Source of the DNA: the human T2T-CHM13v2.0 reference genome, Homo sapiens
NCBI RefSeq assembly: GCF_009914755.1
Contig: NC_060947.1
Length of the DNA stretch: 64,000 bases
Direction: 5' to 3' (one strand)
Shown: positions 13,931-54,998 of the stretch, piece after piece
Layout: each line of letters opens with the position of its first letter
How positions within the stretch are numbered: position 1 is the stretch's first letter
Made by a program: the position numbers and the translations under genes
Notes under the pieces: generated by a model
What the model was told of the DNA's origin: nothing
Databases searched by the model: none
The model's input: only the letters and a program-made list of their open reading frames with translations

Positions 13931-14454
13931 ACGATGCCCATTCTCACTTCCATGTAATGAAGTGGAGGAGCCAATGGGAGCAAGAGCAAGAGTGACAGAA
14001 GACCAAGGGCAGAGCAAGTCCCAGGAGAAGCAGGAGGGACTGGCCCTGAACAAGAGGCAAGCCACCCCCCCACTGCCATGTGCTTGCTGTTGGAGGTTAG
14101 GGGGACACCAAGTAGACAGATGACTGTCTCTTTCCCTTCAACGTCAAGTGCTTCTCACAGCCCTGCTCCCTGTGACCCAGCCCTCATAGACACAGTGGAC
14201 TGGACAAGGGAAGCCCCAGACTCTGACCCTGTGATGAGCATGCAGAAGACGCAGAAGCCACAGACGACAGTGGGGCAGTAAGGAAGTGCCAGCAGGCAGG
14301 CGGGGTGGGCTCAGCCAGACGTGTCTTTCTCTGTTCTCCTTTCAATCTTTCTGTGTCTTCATATCTCAGGTGTAGCGCTTGGAAACAGCACATAGTTGGG
14401 TTTTGGTTTGGTTTGATTCTGTCTAACAATTCTTGTCTTTTTAAAAATCAGCTT

Positions 14455-14675
14455 TGAGACCTGCCTGGGCAACACAGCGAGACCACGTCTCTACAAAAAA
14501 AATTTTAAAATTAGGCATGGTGGTGCATGTCTGTAGTCCCAACTACTCAGGAGGCTGAGGTGGGAGGATCGCTGGAGCCCAAGAGGTTGAGGCTACAGTG
14601 AGCCATGATCACACCACTACACTCCAGCCTGGGTGACAGAGTGAGACCCTGTCTCAAAAAAAAAAAAAAAAAAAT
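14455..14675 (+). mobile_element. 5'-truncated old Alu (AluJ-like)
   Basis: Alu right-arm consensus with an A-tail. Confidence 0.85.
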
Positions 14676-14927
14676 CAACTTTATTGGAGTATAATTTACA
14701 TACAGTAAAATTCATCCTTTTGAGGTTTACAGTTCAAGGAGTTTTGGTGAATGTTGTGTGCAGCCAACCACTCCCACCACCCCCTGCCCTTGGCCACCAC
14801 TGATCTGATTTCTGTCTTTTCTAAATTTTATTATAAATGGAATCATACCGTATATATTCTTTTGTCTGGCTTCTTTCACACTCACGCAGCATACTTTTTG
14901 AGCTTCATCCATGTTGGTGTGTGTGTT

Positions 14928-14959
<32 letters not shown>

Positions 14960-15210
14960 CATGCGGGCGAGAGAGAGCAGTATATTTCCTTTTGATTGCC
15001 GAGTAGTATTCCATTGTTTGGTTGGATCAGGGTTTGTTCAGCCATTCACTCACTGAAGGACACTTGGGTAGTTTCCAGCTTTGTGTGATTATGATGGAGC
15101 AGCTCTAAACATTTATATGCAAGCTTGTGTAAATGTGTGTCTTCATTTCTCTAAGGTAACCGCTTAGGAGTGGATTGTTCAGTCAAGTGGTAGATTGATG
15201 TTGAACCTGC
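14676..15210 (-). mobile_element. Old L1 3'-end fragment containing a (GT)n(GA)n microsatellite
   Basis: TTTATT start, TGGAATCATA..TTCATCCATGTTG..AGTATTCCATTG motifs typical of L1M 3' ends. The microsatellite is at ~14917-14960. Confidence 0.75.
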
Positions 15211-15276
15211 CTTTGTCTTTGAACTGTGCAGGTCAGCTGGTCACACGGTGATGACTGCTGCTATCTCTGGATGTAG

Positions 15277-15661
<385 letters not shown>

Positions 15662-15687
15662 TCACCCCCACATTGTATCAGTGAAGG

Positions 15688-16185
15688 TGTGTCTGGAGTT
15701 GGTTCCTTCCAGTGGGTTCTTGGTCTCGCTGACTTCAAGAATGAAGCCGCGGACCTTCGCGGTGAGTGTTACAGCTCTTAAAGGTGGCACAGACCCAAAG
15801 TGTGAGCAGCAGCAAGATGTATTGTGAAGAGTGAAAGAACAAAGCTTCCACAGCATGGAAGAGGACCCAAGCAGGTTGCCGTTGCTTGTGGGGGGCGGGG
15901 GGGGGCCAGCTTTTATTCCCTTATTTGTCCCCTCCCATGTCCTGCTGATTAGTCCATTTTACAGAGTGCTGATTGGTCCATTTTACAGAGTGCTGATTGG
16001 TCCATTTACAATCCTCTAGCTAGACACAGAAAACTGGTGCGTTTTTACAGACTGCTGATTGGTGCATTTACAATCCTTTAGCTAGACACAGAGCGCTGAT
16101 TGGTGTGTTTACAATCCTCTAGCTAGACAGAAAAGTTCTCCAAGTCCCCACATCACCCAGGAAGTCTAGCTGGCTTCACCTCTCA
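15688..16185 (-). mobile_element. Solo LTR12-family (ERV9) LTR
   Basis: TG...CA termini and a 4-bp TSD AAGG (15684-87, 16186-89). Minus strand starts TGAGAGGTGAAGCCAGC, with tandem GCTGATTGGT(C/G)CATTT repeats (CCAAT array), an AATAAAAG box at ~15911 and a GAAGTCAGCGAGACCAAGAACCCAC U5 motif. Confidence 0.88.
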
Positions 16186-16927
16186 AAGGTTCAGGGTAGG
16201 AAGCAGAAATTCCTCCCGTGATCATGAACAGAAAGGGATTCTGTAGAAGGGATTAGATGCTTACCTGACCATTGGATGGGCCAAAGGAGTGGACTCTGGG
16301 CTAGGTGTTGATAACACCAGTGCAGACCTGGCTCCTCAAGGGAGCTGCTACCTCTGCCACCATCCACAAGATGGGGGATTGGGAGGCGGCCAGTGTAACC
16401 TTTGAGTTCAAAAAGACACCACCAAAGTCATGACCTGAGGATCAGCAAGCTGGGACCAGGAAGCCATTGCTGCCACAAGTGCCCCTCAACAACCAAGAAG
16501 TGAAGGTTAGACCCCAGAAATTCTTTGATGTCCAGCAGAAACGCAGCCCCACACAGCAGAAGTGTGGCTTCCCTTCCTTCAGTCATCCAAACTTCATGTG
16601 AGCACACCCAATTTGGCAATTGGCAAATTTGCCAATTTGCCAATTGGCAAAACTAAATTTGCTTCCCAAAGTCCAGCTGCTCTGGAGTCTGGAACATTTC
16701 CAGCCTCTGCCATGCAGAGCCCACAAGGTGGGAGTGAGTGCCGAGAGCTGTCAATATGCCCAGGCAGATGCTCTGCTCTTGGTCATCTTTTAGATGGACT
16801 GGATTTGTTCTCTCATTCTATTTTCTCCTCTGTTTGTTTAGAAGTGCTCTATGAATTTTTTAGTAGTTCCTCTACCTATTTTAACATGCATTCTTAATAA
16901 AGTCTAAAGTTAACTAATACCTCTGCT

Positions 16928-18250
<1,323 letters not shown>

Positions 18251-18823
18251 TCTTCCCTCCTCCTACACAATGCACGGCCTGGGATAACATACTAGCCACA
18301 TGAGGTGGGCCCTATTATCATGTAGGAATGAGGAAGGCAGTGAGCTCAGATATGTGGACAGGAACCCAGGCAGAGTCAGCCGTCTGAGCTTTGGGAAGCC
18401 TGGTTTTCAGTAGCTCTAGGGACTTACCCACACCCCCACACTCCCACCCCTGAACTGCTATTATGGTGCTGTAGCCCCCACGGTGCCTGTCACTACCCAC
18501 CAGCTGCTGTCCCCTCTCCTCTGTGTCCATCTTTTCTTCATGTCTTTGCTTCTCCTGGCATTCTCCTGCTTTGTGACAAATACCCGTGGCTTTTTCTGCA
18601 CATGTCTTTTGGCTTCTAATCTCACTGCAGTTTCAATTCCAAGAGAGAGAAACTTATGGGCCCAAATACTCATTATCCTCATTTTGGTGGAGCCTTCATG
18701 CCAGGTAACTTCGTAGGCAACTAACCAGCCTATGGACTAGCTAGTCTTGGCCAGGTGCGGGCTCCTGGTCCAGGCAGCTGAGGCCAAGGTTGGTTCAAGC
18801 TGTGTGATAGGCAGTATGGCCAT

Positions 18824-19558
<735 letters not shown>

Positions 19559-19764
19559 ACCACCAATGGGTAAGTCACTGGCTAGTGGTGCTGCTGCAGC
19601 AGGGAGTATGTCTTGGTGGGCATCTTGCTCGACCTCTCCTATCTAACCACACTGAAGTCATGCATTCCCTTGTTTTTCTTTATACTAGGCCCACGAAACC
19701 CCATGCTTTGAAAAGAATTGCTTGTTTGCCTTCACCACTCCTCCTCACAGCCTGGAGGTGATCA

Positions 19765-26530
<6,766 letters not shown>

Positions 26531-27098
26531 AAAAAAGTCATTCTGGAGGAGAGAAATCATTGCCTGCGGAGGGCCATTCCAGGGTGGTGAGTGCATGAGC
26601 ACTGAAGACACCCGGAGCAGCTGCTGCAATAATCTGGGGGAGGAACGTGCAGGCAGAGAGAGCAAGAGGAAGTCAGACTGGGAAACCCCGAGGCAGTTAC
26701 CCAAACAGCCCACTAACAGCAACTGCAGTCGGCCGCCTCTGGGGAGGAAAGCGGGAGGGGCCACTGCCTTTAAAAAAGAAAAAAAAAAAAAATCTCTGCA
26801 GTTTTGCCAGGGAGCCGCCTCCTGCCTGACTCTCACATGATGACCTGGAGGCCATCTATGGGTACGGCCCTCAAGCCCTCAACGCTCACCCTCCTTCTAC
26901 CCCCCGCCCCTCACCCCAGCACCTGCTGGAGACCCTGGCCCTCCCTTCCACTCCGCGAGGCTCTTAATCTATCCAGTTCCATGGGCTGCCTTTCCGCAGC
27001 TATAAACAGGCTCTGTCCAGCTTTCCCAGTTATTATTCACTTAGGTGAATGGACACAATTAGATGATCATCCGCAGGCTGTCTTCCTGTCATCATTGG

Positions 27099-27400
27099 CA
27101 CACGCACACACCCTCACACACGCACACACCCTCACACACGCACACACCCTCACACACGCGCACACCCTCACACACAACCCCCCCAACGCCACACACACAC
27201 ACACCACACACCCTCACACACAACCACCCACGCCACACACACACCACACACCCTCACATGCACACCCTCACACACCACACACCACACACACCCCACACAC
27301 ACGCCCACCCTCACATACGCACACTCTCACACACACCCTCACACACTCTCACACCCTCACACACGCACACCCTCACACACACCCTCACATTCACACAAGT
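27099..27400 (+). repeat. CA-rich low-complexity tract with an 18-bp unit (CACGCACACACCCTCACA) ~x4
   Basis: Visible directly; translates as repeated HAHTLT. Confidence 0.9.
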
Positions 27401-28078
27401 ACACTTGAGTTTTTATTAAATTTGTTTTTGTCCCCTTCAATCCCATCCTCCAACCCGTTGTTCCTCCCTATCTCCTGGGCTCTAGGTATTCTCCTTCGGG
27501 TCACAGTCCCTGTGAGGGCCGTTCCTGTTGACAGGCACTTGGCTCCGTCCTTCCCACTGCCCACAGGCTCCACCATCTGCACATGCACCCCTCCCACACA
27601 ATCGGGGGCCTCTTTCTCCTCGTCCTTGGCTGCCTCCTCTTTGTCTTCCACCCCTTACAAATCCTTCAGGGCCCTTTAAATGCCTTTTCCACCTGCCTGC
27701 TCCCTCTAGCCCCGCTGCCCAGTGTTAAGTGGGTCGCACCATTTCTCTCCTGGGTGACAGGCACAGCTTCCACCAGCCTCCCTGCCTCCACTCTTCTCTG
27801 CAGAAGCCCATGTGCTCCTGGGGCAGAGCCCAGGTCCTTCCATCTCTGCAGCCACAGTGCTAGGCCAGCGGCACTTGCAGTTTGGTGAATGGAAGGTTCT
27901 GATCATGGGGAACCGGTAGATAGAGAGGGACAAACAGTGTCCCCCCAATCTGCCTCCTGTCCTCTTCTGCCCAGACACTAGGCTGGAAGATCAGGAGCCA
28001 CACCTTGGCACTCACAGAGCCCTTTCTGCAAGTCTTAGAGGGACCAGTGGGAGGTGTGCACACAGGGGCTGCGCTGGC

Positions 28079-28292
28079 AGGAGTGGGGGCCTGGCACACC
28101 CCCAGGTAGATGCCCTGCCCGTTAACGCCCAAGGGCAGGGGCTTGAGTGACTCATGTGGGCCTAGCGTGAATCAGCACAGTCTGCCCTTCTTCCCATGGG
28201 AGCTGCTGCCCAGCCCCATCTTTCTTGGCCCCCGAGGGGTGGCTGCCCAGGGCCTCTCTCCTGGCACAGTTCCATGTAGTGCCTGCCCATGT
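28079..28292 (+). repeat. Copy B of the inverted paralogous element (partner at 10381-10669)
   Basis: See copy A. TGACTCA at 28148-28154 is conserved in both copies. Confidence 0.85.
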
Positions 28293-29029
28293 GGCTCCCA
28301 GTTCCTCCCCGGGGTCCTGGCTGAGCAGAATGGCACTGGATCCTGATCTGGCTTCTTGCATCCCAGAGGAGACCGCCATGCGGGCCCTTCCTCCAGATTC
28401 TTCCCTAGTTTAACAACAGGAAGCGAGGAGTCCAGGGGGGCAGAGATTGCCACGGGCCTGGCCACATTGCTAGGGGAGGTCCCAACCTGCTGCTGAGATC
28501 CGGCACTGCACAGCCTCGTTCAGGCAGAGAAACTGATAAGGAGATGGTTGTCTGCTCACCCCAAAAGGTTAGCATGGATTCCTCGCCCTAGCCGGCTTTA
28601 GACGGAGGGAACAAAGGCTTTCCCAAGGCCCTGCCAGTCCCCACCCCTGCCCATCTTACCACCGTAGTCTCCCTCAATCATCAAGTCCCATTGCACAGAA
28701 GGGGAAGCTGAGGTGCCAAGAGCTGGCGTGGCCTGTTCAAGGTCACACTACTGGGCAGGGGCCAAGCAGGGGCTGGAGCCTTGCTTTCCTATTCCCCAGC
28801 CAGGGTCCCCAAATTCTCTGCCAGTTGAGGGAAGCCATCTCCTATTCCACTGATCTGGGTGGCATTAGGAAGGCCTTTTCTATGCTCCTAGATTAGTGAC
28901 AGCATGCGGTTATTGGGGACAGCATGAGGATGTGCATGCGCTGAGGAGATGCAGCTGAAGCGTCAGGCCTGGGGTGCCAGCACTCTGCAGCCTGCCCCCA
29001 AGGGGCTCTGCAAAAACATGGCAAAGATG

Positions 29030-29325
29030 CGGGGTGTGATGTGCACCTGTGTGTGCTGCGGGTGTGTGCGTGTGTGGTGTTGGCTGTGCGTATGTGGTGT
29101 GGTATGGTGTGCAGGTGCATGCAGGTGCGTGGTGTGTATGGCTGTGTGGTGGGTACATGTGTGGGTGTGTGGCGTATGGGAGTGTGTGATGTGTGCATGT
29201 GTGTGGTGTGTAATATATGTGTGCATGGTGTGGTGTGTGTGTGGTGTGGCGTATGGGTGTGTGGTGGGTGCATGTGTGTGTGGCGTGTGGCTGTGTGCAT
29301 GTATGTATGTGGTGTGGTGTGTGCG
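29030..29325 (+). repeat. TG-rich low-complexity tract
   Basis: Degenerate (GTGTG)n/(TG)n. Confidence 0.9.
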
Positions 29326-30419
29326 CTGTCTCTGGAAAATGCCCACCCTGTGTTCCCACCACCCTAACAGGGCCGGGAGGGGCCAGGGTGCTGCCAGGCT
29401 CTCTGGGCAGGAAGAGGAGGCCTTGGCCGCGGGCCGGACTTGGGCCTGGTCCGTGAGGCTGTTTTGGTCTCTGGCTTCACAGGGCAACAGAGAAGACAGA
29501 CAAACAGGAAGAAAGCAGCTGCCTTGGGCTGGGCTGGGCTGGGCTGGCCTCGGCTGAGCCAAGCCAGGCCTGGGTGCGGGGGGAGTGGAAAGAGAACTAC
29601 TGGGATGGGGGCTGGAGGGGGTGTGGGGACAGGGGAAGGAGAGAGGTGTTGGGGGAGGGAGGAGGAGGGCTCAGGTACAGGGAAGGTGCGTCCATACTCA
29701 TGGTATGTTCAAGAACATGAGCGAGCGTCTCTGTGTTGTGTGTTTGTGGCTGTGTGGCTGTATCATGTGAGGTTGTGTGTGGTGGGAGGGAGCCCGTGAG
29801 CACACGGAGGTCCCCAGCCCCTCTTCCTAGGACAGGTAGTTGCAGGTGGGGCAGGAGGAAGAGGGTGGGGGTGTCCCTGGATCTCACAGGGGTTCGTGAA
29901 GCCTGGCTTGGCCCCTGCCCCACTCCTCCCTTTCCTGTCCCTCGTCTCCGGCCAACTGGGCCCTAACTGGGGAGGAGGAGGGGCCTGCGTGGGCCTGGGA
30001 GGGGCCCAGCGAAAGTGTTTTCACCCCTTCCTTGCCTGGGCCCAGCGAGGAGCAGGAGGACCCCAACTTGGGAAGGGGGCGTGAAGCTCCCATGAAAAAG
30101 CAGCGCAGTCCTGGGCCAGACCCACCGCTCTCTGGCCTCAGTTTCCCCACTTATAAAATGGGAATGCTGAACTAAGTGACCTCCCAGAGCACTGCCAACC
30201 CAGACAATCCAACCAGGGGGGCGTGGTAGGGTGAGGGTGGGCGTGGAGGCTATGGCAGTGGGAGGAGGGAGTCCTGGGCCGGGACCAGGGAGGCCCTGGG
30301 GAAAGGAAGGGAAACAGGAGGCCAGGGGAGGCCTGGGGGAAAGGGGGAGGGGGAGGAAGTCCCCTCCTGGCCAGGTCACTCCCAGAGGCTGGGCTGGGCC
30401 AGGGCAGGGCAGCCGATGG

Positions 30420-30857
30420 AGAGCAGATCTGAGCACCCAGCCACCTTCACGCCACCGCCCAGCTGCCCAGGAGCCCAGCCAGGTAAGGGGCTGCGCCTGC
30501 CTGCCCCCCTGCCCAGTCCCCAGCCCTCGGATGGTGGCCTCTCTCGGCCTCGGTTGGGGCAGGGGAGTTCTGCGTGTCTGTCTGGGGTGCCCACTCCCAA
30601 ACCCGGGACTCATGGGCTGCCTGGGGGATCCTGGGTTCTGTGCATCCGTCTGTCTGACCATCCCTCTCAATCTTCCCTGCCCAGGACTGGCCATACTGCC
30701 ACCGCACACGTGCACACACGCCAACAGGCATCTGCCATGCTGGCATCTCTATAAGGGCTCCAGTCCAGAGACCCTGGGCCATTGAACTTGCTCCTCAGGC
30801 AGAGGCTGAGTCCGCACATCACCTCCAGGCCCTCAGAACACCTGCCCCAGCCCCACC
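30420..30857 (+). promoter_or_regulatory. AVPR2: AVPR2 5' region: upstream non-coding exon ending at 30482, acceptor at 30684/30685, TATA-like TATAAG at 30750-30755
   Basis: CAG|GTAAGG donor at 30482/30483, a pyrimidine tract plus CAG before 30685, and a TATA-like box ~110 nt upstream of the ATG. The 5' start is approximate. Confidence 0.65.
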
Positions 30858-32440
<1,583 letters not shown>

Positions 32441-32851
32441 GGAGCTGTTGGGTGTCTTGCCTCTAGAGGCTTTGAGAAGCTCAGCTGCCTTCCTGGGGCT
32501 GGTCCTGGGAGCCACTGGGAGGGGGACCCGTGGAGAATTGGCCAGAGCCTGTGGCCCCGAGGCTGGGACACTGTGTGGCCCTGGACAAGCCACAGCCCCT
32601 GCCTGGGTCTCCACATCCCCAGCTGTATGAGGAGAGCTTCAGGCCCCAGGACTGTGGGGGCCCCTCAGGTCAGCTCACTGAGCTGGGTGTAGGAGGGGCT
32701 GCAGCAGAGGCCTGAGGAGTGGCAGGAAAGAGGGAGCAGGTGCCCCCAGGTGAGACAGCGGTCCCAGGGGCCTGAAAAGGAAGGACCAGGCTGGGGCCAG
32801 GGGACCTTCCTGTCTCCGCCTTTCTAATCCCTCCCTCCTCATTCTCTCCCT

Positions 32852-32857
32852 AATAAA
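32852..32857 (+). terminator. AVPR2: AVPR2 poly(A) signal
   Basis: AATAAA ~410 nt after the stop codon, followed by GU-rich sequence at ~32885-32920. Confidence 0.85.
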
Positions 32858-33108
32858 AATTGGAGCTCATTTTCCACATGGCAAGGGGTCTCCTTGGATC
32901 CGGGTAACGGTGGGTGTGGAGGCAGCACAGAGACATACACAGACTCCCCACACACACCCACAGTCACGTGCACAGCTCTGGAATCCATGGCGCAGGCAGC
33001 CAAGTCTTCAAAGCTGCAGGACCCCTGGGGAAGCTGTTCTCACCTCCAGCACCCACCTGCCCACCCGAGACAGAGAGCTGGCTCCCATCGGGGAATCAAC
33101 ACGAGGTC

Positions 33109-33114
33109 TTTATG
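33109..33114 (-). terminator. ARHGAP4: ARHGAP4 variant poly(A) signal CATAAA
   Basis: I saw no AATAAA on minus between the stop codon and AVPR2. CATAAA is a recognised variant, and GU-rich sequence lies downstream on minus. Confidence 0.6.
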
Positions 33115-33440
33115 AATCGCCACCCAGCCCTGCCAGGCATCTGAGCAAGGGTACCCGCCACCCAGCAGCCACTGATCAGCCTTCCACAAAGCTGCAGAAG
33201 AGGGCTTTCCCCAGCATCCTTCCTCAGCTGCCTCCAAAAGGGGCCTGGGCCAGGGCTGAGGGGCAGGCAGGATGTGGAGCGGGCATCCCTGTGTGCACGG
33301 CCCCATCCCACCTCTCTGCACAGGGTGAAGTGCAGGCACCCTGCACTTGCTGGACAGGGCTGGAGAGAAGCAAGGGGGCTGGGGAGAGTGGCCGGTCCAG
33401 CGGGTAGCCGCCGGGGGCACGCATCTCCAGCAGCGGCACC

Positions 33441-51919
<18,479 letters not shown>

Positions 51920-53759
51920 GGCGGCCTCGCGGCCGCGCCGTCGAACCCCACTGCTCCCACGCGGCCGTGAGCGGGCCCGGCGCCGGGACTTGGGGGCGCT
52001 GCGGCCAGCACCCTGCGCGGGCTCCGCCCAGCCCCGCCCCCAGCGCGGCTCCCGGTGGGGCGGGGCGGCCCAGGGCTGGCACTGCCCGCGAGGGGCTCCT
52101 GGGGGGGCAGGGCGCCCCTTCCAGCCCCACTGTGCCCCGGCCTTGCCGTCCCCTCCCATTGGGCCTGCACCTAGGCTGCCTTGTGCCCAAAGCCCCGCTG
52201 CCAAGCAGCCGGAGCAGGTGTGAGAGCCCCAACGTAAGCTGGCATCCCAGGCTGCCATCCCACCACCTCCAGAAGGCTGTCCCTGGTCACCACTGCCAGA
52301 CTGTACCATTCACAGCGGGGCCGCTGGCCCACTGTACCAGTGGCCATGAACACCATTGCTGCCCCAGGCTCTGGACTCCCCCTGGGTTGCCTCCTTCCCC
52401 CAGACATCCGATGGGGTCCTCCCTTCCCAAGTCAGCCCCCAGAGAGGCCCAGGGAGCCCCAGGGAGCCTTGAGAGCTGGGGTGGGAAGTTCAGAGGGGAG
52501 GGGGAAGGAAGGTCAGCACCAGAGAGCAGAACCTCAGCAGCTGGCTGCCGTTCCCTCCAGGCCCCCTTGGTAGGGGAGGAGAGTTCAGCTCCGGTTCCCC
52601 TTCTGCTCAGCCCCACAATTTCCCCATAGGCGGTTACCACTTCCTGCTGCCGGAAGAGACTGCTCTGCCTCCCTTCCCCTGCAGCTGCACCTGCCCGTCA
52701 TAGGCCTGAGGGGGGCAGCCCCCTCGGAGTGAGGTCTTAGCTACCCTGGGGGCAAGTCTTGGGGCCCCCCTCATCCAGGGGTGGTGGGGCTTTCCTCCAC
52801 CCTCTACCACAGGGCAGCAGCTTTTCTCCGGGAAATCGGGAAGGCGGGAGGCGGGAGGCGGTTGACAAGCCAAGCAGACAACTGGCTTCAATTTGGTGGG
52901 AGGGAAATCCCTGGGGTATAGATGTGGGGAGAGAGGCAAGGCACTTGGGCACCAGGCGTGTGTTCCGAAGGCGGGCGTGGGGGCACTAGTGCAGGGGTAC
53001 TAGGCGTGTGTGTGCACGGATGTCAGAGTCAGGCTCTGTGCAAATGCGGGCACACATGACCTTGACCTGCAGATCTGGGGAGGGGAGGCTGTGCGGGTAC
53101 TTCCTGCCTTTCAACTGTGAGCAATTAATTCTCTTGCCCAGAAGGAAAAAAACACTCCCTCAGCTCCCCGCCCCCTTCTCCCAGTACCAAGGCCCTTCTC
53201 GAACACGTCGTCGTGTGTGTCTGCAGGACCTGGGGCTTCAAGGCCTGGGAGCTAGCCAGACCCAGGACCTGGACTTCCAGCAGCTGGTCTCGGAAGTACC
53301 GATGTTCGAGTCCTCCAGCGAGACTAGAGAGCCTGCGCCCCTGCCCACAGCGCGTACAGCCGCACCCACACTCCAACCTGCTCCTGGTCGGGAGACTCAC
53401 ACGTCCCACCGCTGCCTCAGGCCAAGGGGAACCAGGGAGCCCCGCCTCTCACTAGCTGGCCCCAACACATCTTGCCCCTCCATCCGAGCCCTGACTGGTC
53501 CCCAAAGGTCCCTCCACCCAGCAGAGCCAGCCACAGGGCTCAGGCAGGCAGGAAAGGCCTCAGCCGGTGCCTTCAAACGCTCTCTTCACTCCTTTTTTCA
53601 CTCCAGAGCTATTCCTAGGATGCCCCATTCAGCCCGTACTTTAGGGCCTGAGTGTTGGGCCCTGGCTTTTAGGGCACTTGTTTGGCATTTAAGGCCCTGA
53701 ACGCAACTGCCCCCTGCTGCTCCGTCTATCCTTCGCTCCATTGTTCCCCTTCAAAGCAT

Positions 53760-54340
53760 CCAAAAGCCAGGCAGCCCGCAGAAGGCGCGGACCTGCCCGC
53801 ATGGGGACGGAGGCTCAGCGGCCGACAGGCATCGGGCCCGCCGGGGACGGACGGCAGAGGGCGGGCCGGGTCCCATGGGCCTGGCCGGGGCGGAAGGAGG
53901 GCGCCGCGGGCGCCGTGGGAGCCTGGGCCACCTCCCTTCCACCGGCGCCGGGGCGCGGCCGACGCAGTGCGCAAGCCCGCCCTTCCCCCGCACCCTGCGC
54001 GCGAGCCCAGTGCCGCCGGACCAATCAGAGCCTGGGAACGAACCTCGCCGCGGGCTTGCGAACCGGAAGACACTGCCGCCAGGCGCGGGGCGGGACAGGA
54101 CTCCGCCTCCGGCCCATACAAAGGGAAGCCCACGTCTTAAGCCAATCAACACAGCCTCGCCCGAGCCGGGAAGCGGAGAGCTGTGGGCGTGCGCAGACGC
54201 GCCTTTCCGGCCCCGGCCCCGCCCTGCCGCGCTCTGGGCTCCGCTTCCACAGCTGCCGGCTGCCTGCTGGTCACGTGCGAGGCGCCAGCCAAAGAGAACC
54301 GAGCTCCAGGCCTGTGTGGCGAGTTTTCAACCCGGCGGAG
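53760..54340. promoter_or_regulatory. Promoter-like CpG island between ARHGAP4 exon 1 and the NAA10 3' end
   Basis: CpG-dense; CCAAT at 54021 and 54142, CCGGAAG at 54063, GC boxes, GTCACGTG at 54270-54277. Confidence 0.75.
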
Positions 54341-54516
54341 GAGCAGTGTGCCACCTGCAGTAGCAGGACACAGAGAGGGCTCAGGAATACAGGGCCCGCC
54401 CAGGGACTAGGGACAGTAAATGATGGCTTTGCAGCCGGAGGGGAGGGAAGGGAAAGGAGGAAAGACACAGAAACGAGCGTTACGGTTAGGGTGACTCCAT
54501 GAAAAACAGGATTTTG

Positions 54517-54998
<482 letters not shown>

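Larger units (their letters stand above)
9902..14281 (+). ncRNA. LCA10: Spliced antisense transcript over L1CAM exon 0 (LCA10 / L1CAM-AS1); putative exons ..9954, 11044-11117, 11489-~11665, 12647-12741, 14181-..
   Basis: GT-AG sites at 9955, 11043/11118, 11488, 12646/12742 and 14180 link peptide pieces (MSSCPVHDCPS; EPVETGSRGALRL; PAQDREGRSSSP; ALIDTVDW..TTVGQ*) that I recall from the putative LCA10 protein. In this sequence the frame is broken (TGA at 9944-9946), so it is probably non-coding. The true transcript ends are not visible. Confidence 0.6.

Noticed and set aside
15950-16135. Regularly spaced GCTGATTGGT repeats resembling a CRISPR-like array
   Set aside because: These are the internal tandem CCAAT repeats of the LTR12 U3 region. 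The spacers are not unique and the context is eukaryotic.
26804-27679. 291-aa His/Thr-rich ORF (and Cys/Val-rich ORFs at ~28950-29560)
   Set aside because: These are translations of CA/TG simple repeats.
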